Positions 1 through 9,848 of a stretch of 55,758 bases of DNA are shown piece by piece. The stretch comes from Minisyncoccota bacterium (GTDB lineage: Bacteria > Patescibacteriota > Minisyncoccia > Phycocordibacterales > UBA5272): the NCBI GenBank assembly GCA_031972295.1, contig DALYEZ010000001.1, positions 1 to 55,758 of the forward strand. Reading direction: 5' to 3'. The stretch's first letter is position 1. Every line of letters begins with the position of its first letter. The position numbers and the translations under genes are program-made. The notes beneath the pieces are model-generated. The model had not been told where the DNA came from. It searched no databases and was given only the letters and a program-made list of their open reading frames with translations.

Positions 1-3
1 TTG

Positions 4-75
4 TGACCCTACGGAGAGTCGAACTCCGGTTGACGGATTGAGAACCCGCTGTCCTAACCACTAGACGATAGGGCC
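4..75 (-). tRNA. tRNA-Glu(CTC)
   Basis: Reverse complement folds as a cloverleaf: acceptor GGCCCTA/TAGGGTC, D-arm CGTCTAGTGGTTAGGAC, anticodon loop TTCTCAA, T-loop GTTCGAC; 3' CCA is not encoded. Confidence 0.95.
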
Positions 76-154
76 GATGTGGATACGCTACAAACTGTAC
101 CTGTTTTGTGTATATTTTTCAATACCTATCTCTATTCTGTGTTAGGATATATGG

Positions 155-1447
155 ATGAAGAAAATAGGTATTGCGTTACTTGGCGTTCTTGTAGCGGGGG
201 CACTCTTTTTTGTGTTTACCTCAAAAACAGGACCAAATGGTCAGCCGATTGAAAATGGTCTTACTGACAAGGACTTGATTACCCTCTATTGGGAGTCAGG
301 AGACGTTTTTTTTACAAACAAGGGGGTACAAGAGGCAAGACTTAATAAAGATTCCTCAAGTGTCATTATTCAGACAGGCAGTCAGGTGCGGACAACTGAA
401 GGATCAGCATACGTGCTTTTCCCCGACAACTCGATGATGTCAATCGATAAAAATACTATCGTAACTATTGAGTACTCAAAAGAGAAAGTTTCTATTCTCC
501 AAACGCTCGGAAACACATACCACCGTGTAAAGACACTCGAATCAGGGCAACAATACGAAGTGCGTACCCCGGGAACGCTCGCTGCTGTGCGTGGTACAAA
601 GTTTGCTGTTTTCTTTGATAACAAAACCAAGAAATCGAATGTAAAAGTAACGGAGAGTAAAGTGAGTGTAAAAAAGCTCGACAGTACCAAACCACTCAAA
701 GATGCTCCTGTGGTGCTTGAAGAAGTTGTTGTTGAAGAAGGCTCACAAGTTGATGTTCCAGATACTTCTATTCAAATCACGCGACCACTTGCGCCAACTC
801 GTATGGGGGAGAAGGACAAACGAGATAGTGGCTGGATGGAGAAGAATGAAATTGTTGACGAAGCAACAGAGAAGCCAGAAAATCGCCGTGAATTTATTGA
901 AAAGATGATTGAGGAGGTGAAGAAACAAAAAGAGGGAATGAATGACAAAGAAAAGATGGATGCGCTCCGTGATCGAGTTAAAAAGTTTAAACAAGAAAAA
1001 GGAATACAAGATGATTCTGTTTCTGAAGAAGACAATTCTAAAGTTCTTGTGGCAAGAAAGACGACTGATGACGCGATTTTAAAACCTCTTCTTGTAGATA
1101 CTAAGCCAGCAGACGACACTCCTTCTTTGAGTGACGACGAAAACCTTCCACCACTTGATCCAAGTATGAGTGATAGTGATGATCCTTTTGTACTCGAGTT
1201 TGATAGACGTTATGAATATTGGTTCCCAATTTACTCAGACAAAGCGACATTATGCTCGCGGGTGAATCCGCTTACCCCAGAAATACTCAAGGCGCGCTTG
1301 ATTGCTTTTGAGACAACCTACAAAGGCACGGTGCCAAATAAAGACGGTATTCTTAATTTTCTTCGAGCATTAAAACTATTCTGTTCTTCAACAGATACAG
1401 ACAATCGAATTCTTGATGAAGGTTACACGGAGAATTACCCTTTCTAA
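155..1447 (+). CDS. Membrane-anchored FecR-domain protein
   Basis: N-terminal TM helix; FecR-like beta domain (TGSQVRT...LFPDNSMMSIDKNT...EVRTPGTLAAVRGTKFAV); charged helical C-terminal half. Confidence 0.8.
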   Translation: MKKIGIALLGVLVAGALFFVFTSKTGPNGQPIENGLTDKDLITLYWESGDVFFTNKGVQEARLNKDSSSVIIQTGSQVRTTEGSAYVLFPDNSMMSIDKNTIVTIEYSKEKVSILQTLGNTYHRVKTLESGQQYEVRTPGTLAAVRGTKFAVFFDNKTKKSNVKVTESKVSVKKLDSTKPLKDAPVVLEEVVVEEGSQVDVPDTSIQITRPLAPTRMGEKDKRDSGWMEKNEIVDEATEKPENRREFIEKMIEEVKKQKEGMNDKEKMDALRDRVKKFKQEKGIQDDSVSEEDNSKVLVARKTTDDAILKPLLVDTKPADDTPSLSDDENLPPLDPSMSDSDDPFVLEFDRRYEYWFPIYSDKATLCSRVNPLTPEILKARLIAFETTYKGTVPNKDGILNFLRALKLFCSSTDTDNRILDEGYTENYPF

Positions 1448-1457
1448 AGCATAGTCT

Positions 1458-3371
1458 GTGAAAAAAAATCTAAACATCACAACGCACAAAACTTTTCTCA
1501 TTGTTTGGATTGTCAGCATCGTTTTTTTTACGTGGGTTCTCCATTGGAATATATTTCAAAACATAAATAATATTTTCTTTGACCCACTTACTACAGGTAC
1601 CGAACGAAAAGATGTGGTTATTGTTGGTATTGATGAAAAAAGCTTGGCGCGTTACGGCGCTTTTCCGTGGGATAGGGATATTTACGCAAACCTCCTTACT
1701 TCACTTGATGGGTACAATCCACGTGTGATTGGTTTTGATATTTTGTTTGCTGAGTCGCGAGCGGGTGATGAAGTGCTTAAAAATATACTTCGTACCATGA
1801 AGACCGATGTCGTTTTTGCAACGAAGGTAGAAGAAGATGCATACATTTCGTCTTTGTATGGTGGTATTTCACCTCGTGTTCATGAAGGAGTGGTGAATGT
1901 TTTTCCTGACAACGATGCTAAGGTGCGCTCAGTCCAAAATTATTTTCTATACAACAAAGAATGTTTACCGTCGTTTTCAAAAAAGATTCTCTCTGTTGCT
2001 ACAAAAATGAGTGAGTATGTGCCAGGGAAGTGTGATACTAAGCAGAAACTTTTCCGGTATCAGGAAAATATTCAAAAAATATCATTTGTTGATGTTGTTG
2101 ATAAAGACATTCCGCTTGAAATGCTTCGAGATAAAATCATTCTTGTTGGATTTGCTACCACTGATCTTGAACAAGATTCATTCTTTGGACTTTTAGGAAG
2201 TAAGATTAATGGAGTTGAAATTCATGCAAGTGCGATTGCGCACAATCTCAATAATGTCCGATTAGTATCTGTTCCAAACTATGTGACACTTTTAGCAAAT
2301 ATTATTTTTGCATTCTTGATAGCTTTCCTTCCTTTTTTCATTAAACGTTTTTCTACACAAATAATTATTCTTGTTCTTGTTGCAGCTGCGACATTCTTTG
2401 GTGCGATTATTGGCTATGAATATGGCTATAAAACGTATGTGCCATGGGCAGTAGGGCTCCCACTTTTTTCGTACGGACTCAGTCTTCTGTATTCCTATGT
2501 GACTAATGTTCGGAAAAATGAATATCTCAAAAAGGTCTTCGGCACGTATGTGCACCCGTCGCTTTTGGAGGAACTTATCAGTGATCCAGCAAAGCTTAAA
2601 CTTGGTGGCGAAAAACGCTATATGACCGTGCTTTTTTCTGACATTCGTGGGTTCACCACTTTCTCGGAAAAACTTTCACCAGAGGGGCTTGTGGACCTTT
2701 TAAATGATTATTTAAACACCATGTCACCGCTTGTTTTGGAACGGCGAGGCACAATCGACAAGTATATTGGGGACGCGATTATGGCATTTTGGAATGCACC
2801 CGTGGCTACAGAAAATCATGAGCTTTTAGCGGTTGAGACAGCACTTGCTATGCAGGAAGCATTAGTTGCATTTAATAAAGAAAAGGCAGATGCAAATGGC
2901 ATGAAGCTTGGCATTGGTATTGGAATCAATAGTGGAGAAATGGTGGTGGGAAATATGGGAAGCGATGCGCGCTTTAATTACACCATTATGGGAGACGCGG
3001 TAAACACAGGCTCTCGTTTCGAAGGGCTGACCAAAAAATATGGCGTTGTAACTATAGTGGGTGAGTCCACGCGAAACGCTATTACGGACGATAAAATTCT
3101 TTTCCGTAAGCTCGATGTGATGACGGTAAAAGGAAAAAGTGAGCCAACAACTATTTATGAGCCGCTTCGAGCAAGTGACTCTATGCGAGAGTTTGTAAAA
3201 AACTATGAGTCTGGTTTTGATGCGTATATCAAAGGTGATTTTGAAACAGCGAAGAAATATTTGGAAACTCTAGCAGCACATGGTGATGAGCCGTCAAAAA
3301 TGCTTCTTGAGCGCATGAAGACCATTGACCTTGCAAGTTGGAAAGGTGTGTGGAAATGGGACGAAAAATAA
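1458..3371 (+). CDS. CHASE2-domain class III adenylate/guanylate cyclase
   Basis: GTG start; TM, CHASE2 motifs (VVIVGIDEKSL, FPWDR, VIGFDILF, GVEIHA), 3 TMs, cyclase core LFSDIRGFT / IDKYIGDAIMAFW / NYTIMGDAVNTGSRFEG. Confidence 0.95.
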   Translation: MKKNLNITTHKTFLIVWIVSIVFFTWVLHWNIFQNINNIFFDPLTTGTERKDVVIVGIDEKSLARYGAFPWDRDIYANLLTSLDGYNPRVIGFDILFAESRAGDEVLKNILRTMKTDVVFATKVEEDAYISSLYGGISPRVHEGVVNVFPDNDAKVRSVQNYFLYNKECLPSFSKKILSVATKMSEYVPGKCDTKQKLFRYQENIQKISFVDVVDKDIPLEMLRDKIILVGFATTDLEQDSFFGLLGSKINGVEIHASAIAHNLNNVRLVSVPNYVTLLANIIFAFLIAFLPFFIKRFSTQIIILVLVAAATFFGAIIGYEYGYKTYVPWAVGLPLFSYGLSLLYSYVTNVRKNEYLKKVFGTYVHPSLLEELISDPAKLKLGGEKRYMTVLFSDIRGFTTFSEKLSPEGLVDLLNDYLNTMSPLVLERRGTIDKYIGDAIMAFWNAPVATENHELLAVETALAMQEALVAFNKEKADANGMKLGIGIGINSGEMVVGNMGSDARFNYTIMGDAVNTGSRFEGLTKKYGVVTIVGESTRNAITDDKILFRKLDVMTVKGKSEPTTIYEPLRASDSMREFVKNYESGFDAYIKGDFETAKKYLETLAAHGDEPSKMLLERMKTIDLASWKGVWKWDEK

Positions 3372-3373
3372 AT

Positions 3374-4114
3374 ATGGCAGATTACAGTGAGTATGCCGTA
3401 GAGTGGCATGAGAATAGAAAGAACAAACGCAGTCATTCAAAAGAATATATAGAAAAGCCAGGAATCTATGAAGCTATTGGAGATGTGCGTGATCAGGATA
3501 TTCTAGTGCTTGGATGTGGCTCAGGGGTTGAGTGTGACGAGCTTGTGCAAAAAGGTGCTCGCAAAGTTCACGGCATAGACAGTGCAAGTGGACTCATTGA
3601 GATAGCACAAAAGGAATACGGAACATGTACTTTTTCTTGTGAGGATATTCGAACATTTAATGTACAAAAAGAAAGTTTTGATATTTGTATTGCAAGTTTG
3701 GTGATGCATTATGTTCCAGACTGGAAAGAAACATTTTCTCGGGTGTGGCAGTCTCTTCGTCCCGGGGGTGTGTTTGTAATGTCACTCAATCATCCTGTGA
3801 AGTTTGGTGCAGAGATTATTCGTGGGGCAGAGTATTCTGCTTTATTGGGTTATGAGAAAGGAAAGGAGGGGGTGAAAGTGTATGGCGACTATTTGAATAA
3901 AAGAAAAATAAAAGATGTGTGGCTCGGCGGACTTGAAGTAGAATTTTATCATCAATCTTTGTCAGATATTCTTAAAGAAGTTTTAGCTTCTCAATTTACT
4001 CTCGTGTCTGTATCTGAGCCAAAGCCAATTGCACGAGCTGAAAAAGAAGATCCGGAGTTTTACCAAATCCACTCTAAAATCCCTCAGTTTTTAGTGATTA
4101 AACTGCAAAAATAA
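3374..4114 (+). CDS. Class I SAM-dependent methyltransferase
   Basis: Motif I VLGCGSG, VHGID, ASLVMHY; start moved to the ATG just after the cyclase stop. Confidence 0.9.
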   Translation: MADYSEYAVEWHENRKNKRSHSKEYIEKPGIYEAIGDVRDQDILVLGCGSGVECDELVQKGARKVHGIDSASGLIEIAQKEYGTCTFSCEDIRTFNVQKESFDICIASLVMHYVPDWKETFSRVWQSLRPGGVFVMSLNHPVKFGAEIIRGAEYSALLGYEKGKEGVKVYGDYLNKRKIKDVWLGGLEVEFYHQSLSDILKEVLASQFTLVSVSEPKPIARAEKEDPEFYQIHSKIPQFLVIKLQK

Positions 4115-4140
4115 AAAGCCACTAATCAAGTGGCTTTTTA
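4112..4140. terminator. Bidirectional intrinsic terminator
   Basis: taaaaagccact-aatca-agtggcttttta inverted repeat between convergent genes. Confidence 0.85.
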
Positions 4141-4155
4141 TTTGTTTTGTATTTT

Positions 4156-4611
4156 TTACTGTACCAATCGGTCAACAACTTTCTTTACATCTCCACCGTC
4201 TGCTTTTCCTGCAAGTTCTTTGATGATCATTCCAGTAAATTTTCCAAGGGCTGTTTTGTCTACTGTTCCTGCTTCGGCAATTTTTGCTTTTACAATAGTT
4301 TCAATTTCAGCTTCAGTCATCGTTGTCGGCAAGAATTGCTCGATGATGGCAAGCTCTGCTTTTTCACTGTCGGCTAAGTCTTCACGTCCACCACTTACAA
4401 ACTGCTCAATAGAATCTTTGCGCTTTTTTTGTTCACGCTTGAGCACATTCATTGCGTCTTCGTCAGAAATAGGCTCCTGAGGAGGAATACCTTTGTTTAC
4501 AAGTTCATTGGTAAATCCAGAACTAATGCCACGAAGCGCCATAAGAGCCACACTGTCCTTTGCAATCATGGCTTCCTTTAACTTTGCTTTTACTGTTTCT
4601 TGAATTGTCAT
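4156..4611 (-). CDS. GatB/YqeY domain protein
   Basis: LKEAMIAKD, KREQKKRKDSIEQF..GGREDLA..EKAELAIIEQFLP, GKADG motifs. Confidence 0.92.
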   Translation of the reverse strand: MTIQETVKAKLKEAMIAKDSVALMALRGISSGFTNELVNKGIPPQEPISDEDAMNVLKREQKKRKDSIEQFVSGGREDLADSEKAELAIIEQFLPTTMTEAEIETIVKAKIAEAGTVDKTALGKFTGMIIKELAGKADGGDVKKVVDRLVQ

Positions 4612-4660
4612 ATGGCTATTCTACCACAAATGATTTTTCAGTATATAATGCAGGGTATCT

Positions 4661-5779
4661 ATGAATACTGTCGTGATCATCGCTGTTTTTGTTCTTCTTT
4701 TCGTGCTTTTTGCGATAGGACTTATTTTCTTTATTTCAAAGATGATGCGCCAAATGAAACAAGGCGACAATGATGGACTTCGTCTTGTGCAGAGCTCGCT
4801 TCAGCAACAGATGGAAAACTTAGCCAGTCGTTTTGAAACAAATGTTCGCTCACTCGACTCAAAATTTGTTGAAAGTAATCGTGACATGCAAAGTCATGTA
4901 CGTACACAGTTTTCGGAATCGCAAATCCTTATTAAAGATATTACTGACAAAGTAAGTGAAGTGCGAGAAAAAGTTGCTGAAGTGCGCGAAGCAAACAAGC
5001 AAGTGTTTACCATTGCTGAACAGCTCCAAAACCTTGAAAAGGTGCTCAAGCATCAAAAGCAGCGTGGGAATTTGGGCGAAGCGTCGCTCGAGCTCATTCT
5101 CTCCAATATCTTGCCAGCGAATGGATTTCAAATGCAGTACGGATTTGCAAATGGTGAAGTGGTAGACGCTGTTATCATGACGCGCGACGGACTTATTCCT
5201 GTTGACGCTAAGTTTTCACTCGATAACTATTCGCGAGTAATGAATGAGCGTGATGATGTGCGACGGGCAGAGCTTGAGAAAATGTTTGTACAAGATCTTA
5301 AAAAGCGAATTGATGAAACGGCTAAATATGTGCGCATTGAGGAAGGCACACTCCCATTTGCGTTCATGTTTATTCCAGCCGAGGGTATCTATTATGACCT
5401 TTTGGTTAATGAGGTTGGTGGTGTAAAAGTAAATACCAGAAGCTTGATTGACTACGCATATAACGACAAAAAAGTAATTATTGTTTCTCCAACAACGTTT
5501 GCTGCATATCTCCAATCTGTGCTTTATGGCTTGAAAGCCTTTAAAGTTGAAGAAAATGCAAAGAAAATCGAGGCAAATGTAAGTCAGCTTATGAAGCATA
5601 TTGGTGCCTACGAAGAGTATTTCAAAAAAATGGGTATGACACTCTCCACAGTGGTAAATCATTACAATGCCGCTGACAAAGAGCTCAAAAAGATTGATAA
5701 AGATGTATATCGAATCACTGGGGAGAGTAATGAATATGAGATCGCCCCTATTGAAAAACCGAAGCTTCTTGAGGAGTAG
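4661..5779 (+). CDS. rmuC: DNA recombination protein RmuC
   Basis: N-terminal TM, coiled coil, RGNLGE..LE, PD-(D/E)xK-like VDAVI..IPVDAKF, FAFMFIPAEGIY, IIVSPTT. Confidence 0.93.
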   Translation: MNTVVIIAVFVLLFVLFAIGLIFFISKMMRQMKQGDNDGLRLVQSSLQQQMENLASRFETNVRSLDSKFVESNRDMQSHVRTQFSESQILIKDITDKVSEVREKVAEVREANKQVFTIAEQLQNLEKVLKHQKQRGNLGEASLELILSNILPANGFQMQYGFANGEVVDAVIMTRDGLIPVDAKFSLDNYSRVMNERDDVRRAELEKMFVQDLKKRIDETAKYVRIEEGTLPFAFMFIPAEGIYYDLLVNEVGGVKVNTRSLIDYAYNDKKVIIVSPTTFAAYLQSVLYGLKAFKVEENAKKIEANVSQLMKHIGAYEEYFKKMGMTLSTVVNHYNAADKELKKIDKDVYRITGESNEYEIAPIEKPKLLEE

Positions 5780-5791
5780 TTTGTATATTGT

Positions 5792-6013
5792 ATGTTAGTA
5801 AAAGTTCGTGTTAAAGCTGAAGCAAAAAAGCAACTCATCATGGAGGTTGCTCATGATTCGTATACGGTTCATGTTCAGGCATCAAAAGAACGTGGCCTGG
5901 CAAATAAGGAAATGCTTGAGATTCTCAAAGAGTACTTTAAAACAAAGCACATTAAAATCATTAAAGGTCATACAACACCTCATAAAATTGTCGATATATT
6001 TACATTGGTCTAA
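5792..6013 (+). CDS. DUF167 (YggU/UPF0235) family protein
   Basis: VKVRVKAEAKK...VHVQASKERGLANKEM..IL..YF...IIKGHT..HKIV pattern. Confidence 0.85.
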   Translation: MLVKVRVKAEAKKQLIMEVAHDSYTVHVQASKERGLANKEMLEILKEYFKTKHIKIIKGHTTPHKIVDIFTLV

Positions 6014-6031
6014 AGACGGTATAATGGCAGT

Positions 6032-6424
6032 ATGAGAATATCAATTAAAGCGACAAACATTGATCTTACTGAGCCACTTCGCTCATATGTAACCGAGCGA
6101 ATTGAATCCGTACGAAAGCTCACGACCATTTCAGATGAATCCCTTCATGCAGCGGTAGAAATAGGAAAAACATCTCACCATCACAAACAGGGAGACATTT
6201 TCCGAGCGGAGGTAAACTTTCATCTTGCACACACCATGTTGCGAGCAGTAGCTGTGAAAGATGATCTCTATGCCGCTATTGATGAAATGAAAGACGAATT
6301 AGCCCGAGAACTTTCTTCATATAAGGATAAAGACAGAACCCTTATGCGTCGCGGAGCCTCGGCGGTAAAAGCGATGATGAAAGGTGTTGGTGATATGTTT
6401 AGAACAAGACGAAGCGATAATTAA
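6032..6424 (+). CDS. raiA: Ribosome hibernation promoting factor (RaiA/HPF, short form)
   Basis: ISIKATNIDLTEPLRSYV..., DDLYAAIDE..DELAREL..YKDK. Confidence 0.92.
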   Translation: MRISIKATNIDLTEPLRSYVTERIESVRKLTTISDESLHAAVEIGKTSHHHKQGDIFRAEVNFHLAHTMLRAVAVKDDLYAAIDEMKDELARELSSYKDKDRTLMRRGASAVKAMMKGVGDMFRTRRSDN

Positions 6425-6430
6425 AATACT

Positions 6431-7135
6431 ATGAGCCTTGAAACAAAAAATGTTACCAACTGGATTCTTTTTATCTTTGTAACCCTTTCCGCTTTCGGTG
6501 TTGTATATCAAGCGGTTGCCACAACAAACAAAGAAATAGAAAAAATTAATGAAGATATTGTTAAGATGAATGAAATTGCAAATGCAAACCTTGCACTTTC
6601 AATAAACATTAAACCTACAACTCAAACACCAAAAATTATGAACGAAGCACAAATTACCCAAGCAACATTTAAAACAAATTACGGAGACATTACAGTTGCT
6701 TTTCGAAAAGAAACTCCCGTGACTGTTGCAAACTTTGTTAAACTTGCAAAAGAAGGATTTTACGATGGTGTACGCTTTCACCGAGTTATCAAAAACTTCA
6801 TGATTCAAAGTGGTGATCCAAAATCAAAAGATCTTAATTTAAAAAATGAGTGGGGAACGGGAGGACCAGGATATGTATTTAAAGATGAAGTATTCCAAAA
6901 TGATGAAATGAACCAAGGTGTGCTTGCCATGGCAAACGCAGGCCCTGGCACAAACGGCAGTCAGTTCTTCATTGTTACCGCTCCACAAGGTACAGACTGG
7001 CTCGTAGGTAAACATACGATTTTTGGAAAAGTAACTCGTGGTTTAGATGTTGCTCTTGCAATAGACAGTGTGGCTACGGTTCCAGGCGACAGGCCAGTGA
7101 AAGATGTGATTATTGAGAAAATAATTTTACAATAA
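6431..7135 (+). CDS. Cyclophilin-type peptidyl-prolyl cis-trans isomerase with N-terminal TM anchor
   Basis: [59 protein letters not shown]. Confidence 0.95.
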   Translation: MSLETKNVTNWILFIFVTLSAFGVVYQAVATTNKEIEKINEDIVKMNEIANANLALSINIKPTTQTPKIMNEAQITQATFKTNYGDITVAFRKETPVTVANFVKLAKEGFYDGVRFHRVIKNFMIQSGDPKSKDLNLKNEWGTGGPGYVFKDEVFQNDEMNQGVLAMANAGPGTNGSQFFIVTAPQGTDWLVGKHTIFGKVTRGLDVALAIDSVATVPGDRPVKDVIIEKIILQ

Positions 7136-7146
7136 TTTACCTACAC

Positions 7147-7184
7147 AATAATAAAACCTCTCAGACTTGAGAGGTTTTATTATT
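7147..7184. terminator. Bidirectional intrinsic terminator
   Basis: Perfect 17-bp stem aataataaaacctctca-gact-tgagaggttttattatt between convergent genes. Confidence 0.9.
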
Positions 7185-8028
7185 TAAGTCCGCGGGTAAA
7201 ATCAATGTAGGGCATTTCTTTTTTTCCTTCCGGAATAACTTTTTCAATCACAAAAGTATTATTTTCAAATCGTGCGGATGTTATTTTGAGTCGAATCTTT
7301 TTGCCAGCATGTTCAACAAAAAAGAATGTGCCCGGCCACGGTTGATAGGCTAAGTATTTTAAATACTTCTGTCTTTCTGTGTCGGTAGAAAGTATCTCAC
7401 CATCTTTTTTTTCTATCTTTTGTGTAAATGTCGCGAGCTCATGATTCTGTTCAAGGGTGGGTAATACTCCAGATATGTATGGACCAAGATATTGAGCGAT
7501 AAGCTTACCTCCTTCAGAAAAACCAAGTTCGCCAAGAGTTTGTTTTGAGGGTGTTTCTGTAAAGGTGATTTCTCGCTGAGCGATTACGTTTCCATGGTCA
7601 CATTCTGAATCAAGTTTTATGATTGTTACGCCAAATGTTTTCTCGTCATTAAGAATCTGAAATTCAAGAGGGCTTGGTCCGCGATATAACGGTAAAAGTG
7701 ACGGATGAACATTCAAAATTCCTTTCGGAAAACAATCGAGAATAGATTGAGGAATTATTTTTCCGTAGGCCGCAAGAATTCCAAATTGAAATTGTTTACA
7801 GAGTGCATGAATTTCTTCGTTGTTTCTAATCTTTTCTGGTGTATATACAGGAATACCTTTTGCAAGTGCCCATACTTTTACTGGTGATGGAGCAAGAACA
7901 AGTCCACGACCTTGGGGAGCGTCAGGAGCGGTGACAATCTCACTTGGAAGTAAACCTTCTTTTTCAAGAGCGTTTAGTGTGTATGTTGATAACTCTGGTG
8001 TGCCAAAAAAAATAAAGGGTATATTCAT
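7180..8028 (-). CDS. fmt: Methionyl-tRNA formyltransferase
   Basis: FFGTPEL, PDAPQGRG, AAYGKIIP, LNVHPSLLPLYRGPSPL; start set at MNIPF just downstream of the def stop. Confidence 0.95.
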   Translation of the reverse strand: MNIPFIFFGTPELSTYTLNALEKEGLLPSEIVTAPDAPQGRGLVLAPSPVKVWALAKGIPVYTPEKIRNNEEIHALCKQFQFGILAAYGKIIPQSILDCFPKGILNVHPSLLPLYRGPSPLEFQILNDEKTFGVTIIKLDSECDHGNVIAQREITFTETPSKQTLGELGFSEGGKLIAQYLGPYISGVLPTLEQNHELATFTQKIEKKDGEILSTDTERQKYLKYLAYQPWPGTFFFVEHAGKKIRLKITSARFENNTFVIEKVIPEGKKEMPYIDFTRGLK

Positions 8029-8032
8029 GGGT

Positions 8033-8527
8033 TTATTTTTCTTGAGGTGGTTGCTCAACTACTTTTTTTGCTTTATCGATAAAAAGAATACCTTCGAGAT
8101 GGTCTGTCTCATGTTGGAAAATTTGAGAAAGTAATCCACCACCAACACGTGTAAATTTTACTCCGTTCTGATCATATGCCTCGACGGTAGTATTTACACT
8201 TCGTTTTACTTCGCCGTACTTCCAACGTACCGAAAGACAACCCTCTGGCATTACCTCCGTTTTCTTTGATTTTTTTATAATAGTGGGATTAATGAAAACT
8301 AAAGGCATATCTTTTGTATTGCCATGGTAGGCTTTTTCAGAAACAAGAAAAATACGGTATGGAAGACCGATTTGAGGTGCAGCAATAGCGACACCATCTT
8401 TCTGACTATCAAGAGCAACTTTCATTTCATTCAACATGTTGAAAAGCTTCGCTGTTTTAAAGAAGTTTGCAGGTACTACCTCTGCCTTATTTCGTAACAC
8501 TTTTTCACCAACCTGGACTATTTCCAT
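8033..8527 (-). CDS. def: Peptide deformylase
   Basis: Three PDF motifs: GVAIAAPQIG, EGCLSV, QHETDHLEG. Confidence 0.97.
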   Translation of the reverse strand: MEIVQVGEKVLRNKAEVVPANFFKTAKLFNMLNEMKVALDSQKDGVAIAAPQIGLPYRIFLVSEKAYHGNTKDMPLVFINPTIIKKSKKTEVMPEGCLSVRWKYGEVKRSVNTTVEAYDQNGVKFTRVGGGLLSQIFQHETDHLEGILFIDKAKKVVEQPPQEK

Positions 8528-8537
8528 ATTTTCCGTA

Positions 8538-9848
8538 CTATAGCAAATCTTGTACGTATTTGGCTACGAGCGCATTAAATGCAAGTCCTCGATCTTGATA
8601 ATCTTTAAACATATCAAAACTTGGTGCGCCCGGAGAGAAAAGAATAGTTTCTCCAGTTTTTGTTTTTTGAATTGCCGCTCGGAACACGTCTTCAAAGTTT
8701 CCTGTAATAACAACGTGTGGAATGTTGTGGAGAGAAAAAAGTTTGGATATACGATCTCGTTCTTCTCCGTATACGATAACGTCTTTAATAAAGAGTGACT
8801 TCTCTATACTTGTAACGAAAGGTTCTAAGTGAAGACCTCTATCTACACCACCAATAAGGAGTGTTGTGGGTGCAATCATGCTTTCAATTGCGACGTCTGT
8901 GGCTGTAGGGTTCGTGGCAAAAGAATCATTTACAAATGTAATGCCATTATGTGTTGCGATCGTCTCGATATGAAAAGGAAGCCCTTTGAATGTTTTAATT
9001 GCTTGTACAATAGATTTTTTATCTACGAGTGCCCACGTTGCTGCAATAGCCGCACAAATATTTTGTTCATTGTGTTTGCCGGGGAGTAAAGCATCCTTTG
9101 CAGCACATATTTCCTCATTGTTGTATGTAAAGAAATCGTTTTCATTTACTTGCACCAACGCATTTGTTCCGTAGGGAATTTTGTTTTTTGCAATACTAAG
9201 CGCGCTAAGCTGTGTGCTTACCTCGTTGTCTTGAAACCATATTGCTGCGTCTTCTTCCTTTTGATATTTAAAAATATTTCCTTTGGATGCTTGATATTGC
9301 TGAATGTCTTTATGCCAGTCGAGATGATCTTCGGTAACTAAAAGACAGATTGCTATCTGTGGGCTTTTGTGAAGATCAAAAAGCTGGAAACTTGAAAGTT
9401 CGTAGACAACAATAGATTGCGGAGTGAGTTTTGGGAGAATAGAAAGTGAGGGTGTGCCAATGTTTCCTACAAGGTGGACGTCTTTGCCATCAGTTTTTAA
9501 AATTTCATAGATAAGAGTTGCTGTTGTTCCTTTTCCCTTAGTGCCCGTGATGCCAATAATGGGGCAGGGACATAATTCAAAAAACTCCTTCGTGACAGTT
9601 GTAACTTTACCTTGGACGATGTCTTCAATGTCCCAGAGTGGTACTCCGGGGGAGCGGACAATGAGATCAAGTGCTGGTGAATCTGCTAAAAGAAGGTCTT
9701 TCCAATTTGATCCGAGTCTTTTGGTACATGTTGTAGGAACTTCAAGTGATTCATTTTGGTCGTACACAGAAATCTCTGCGGCTTGATTACCCCAGTATTC
9801 GAGTGCCATTTTGCCTTCTCGTCCAAATCCAACAATTCCTATTCGCAT
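8538..9848 (-). CDS. murD: UDP-MurNAc-L-Ala:glutamate ligase (MurD, probably L-Glu-using MurD2 type)
   Basis: GFGREG N-terminus, RSPGVP, GITGTKGKGTT, ELSSFQL, DHLDWH, VNDSFATNP, SPGAPSFDMF; start overlaps the murL stop. Confidence 0.93.
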   Translation of the reverse strand: MRIGIVGFGREGKMALEYWGNQAAEISVYDQNESLEVPTTCTKRLGSNWKDLLLADSPALDLIVRSPGVPLWDIEDIVQGKVTTVTKEFFELCPCPIIGITGTKGKGTTATLIYEILKTDGKDVHLVGNIGTPSLSILPKLTPQSIVVYELSSFQLFDLHKSPQIAICLLVTEDHLDWHKDIQQYQASKGNIFKYQKEEDAAIWFQDNEVSTQLSALSIAKNKIPYGTNALVQVNENDFFTYNNEEICAAKDALLPGKHNEQNICAAIAATWALVDKKSIVQAIKTFKGLPFHIETIATHNGITFVNDSFATNPTATDVAIESMIAPTTLLIGGVDRGLHLEPFVTSIEKSLFIKDVIVYGEERDRISKLFSLHNIPHVVITGNFEDVFRAAIQKTKTGETILFSPGAPSFDMFKDYQDRGLAFNALVAKYVQDLL

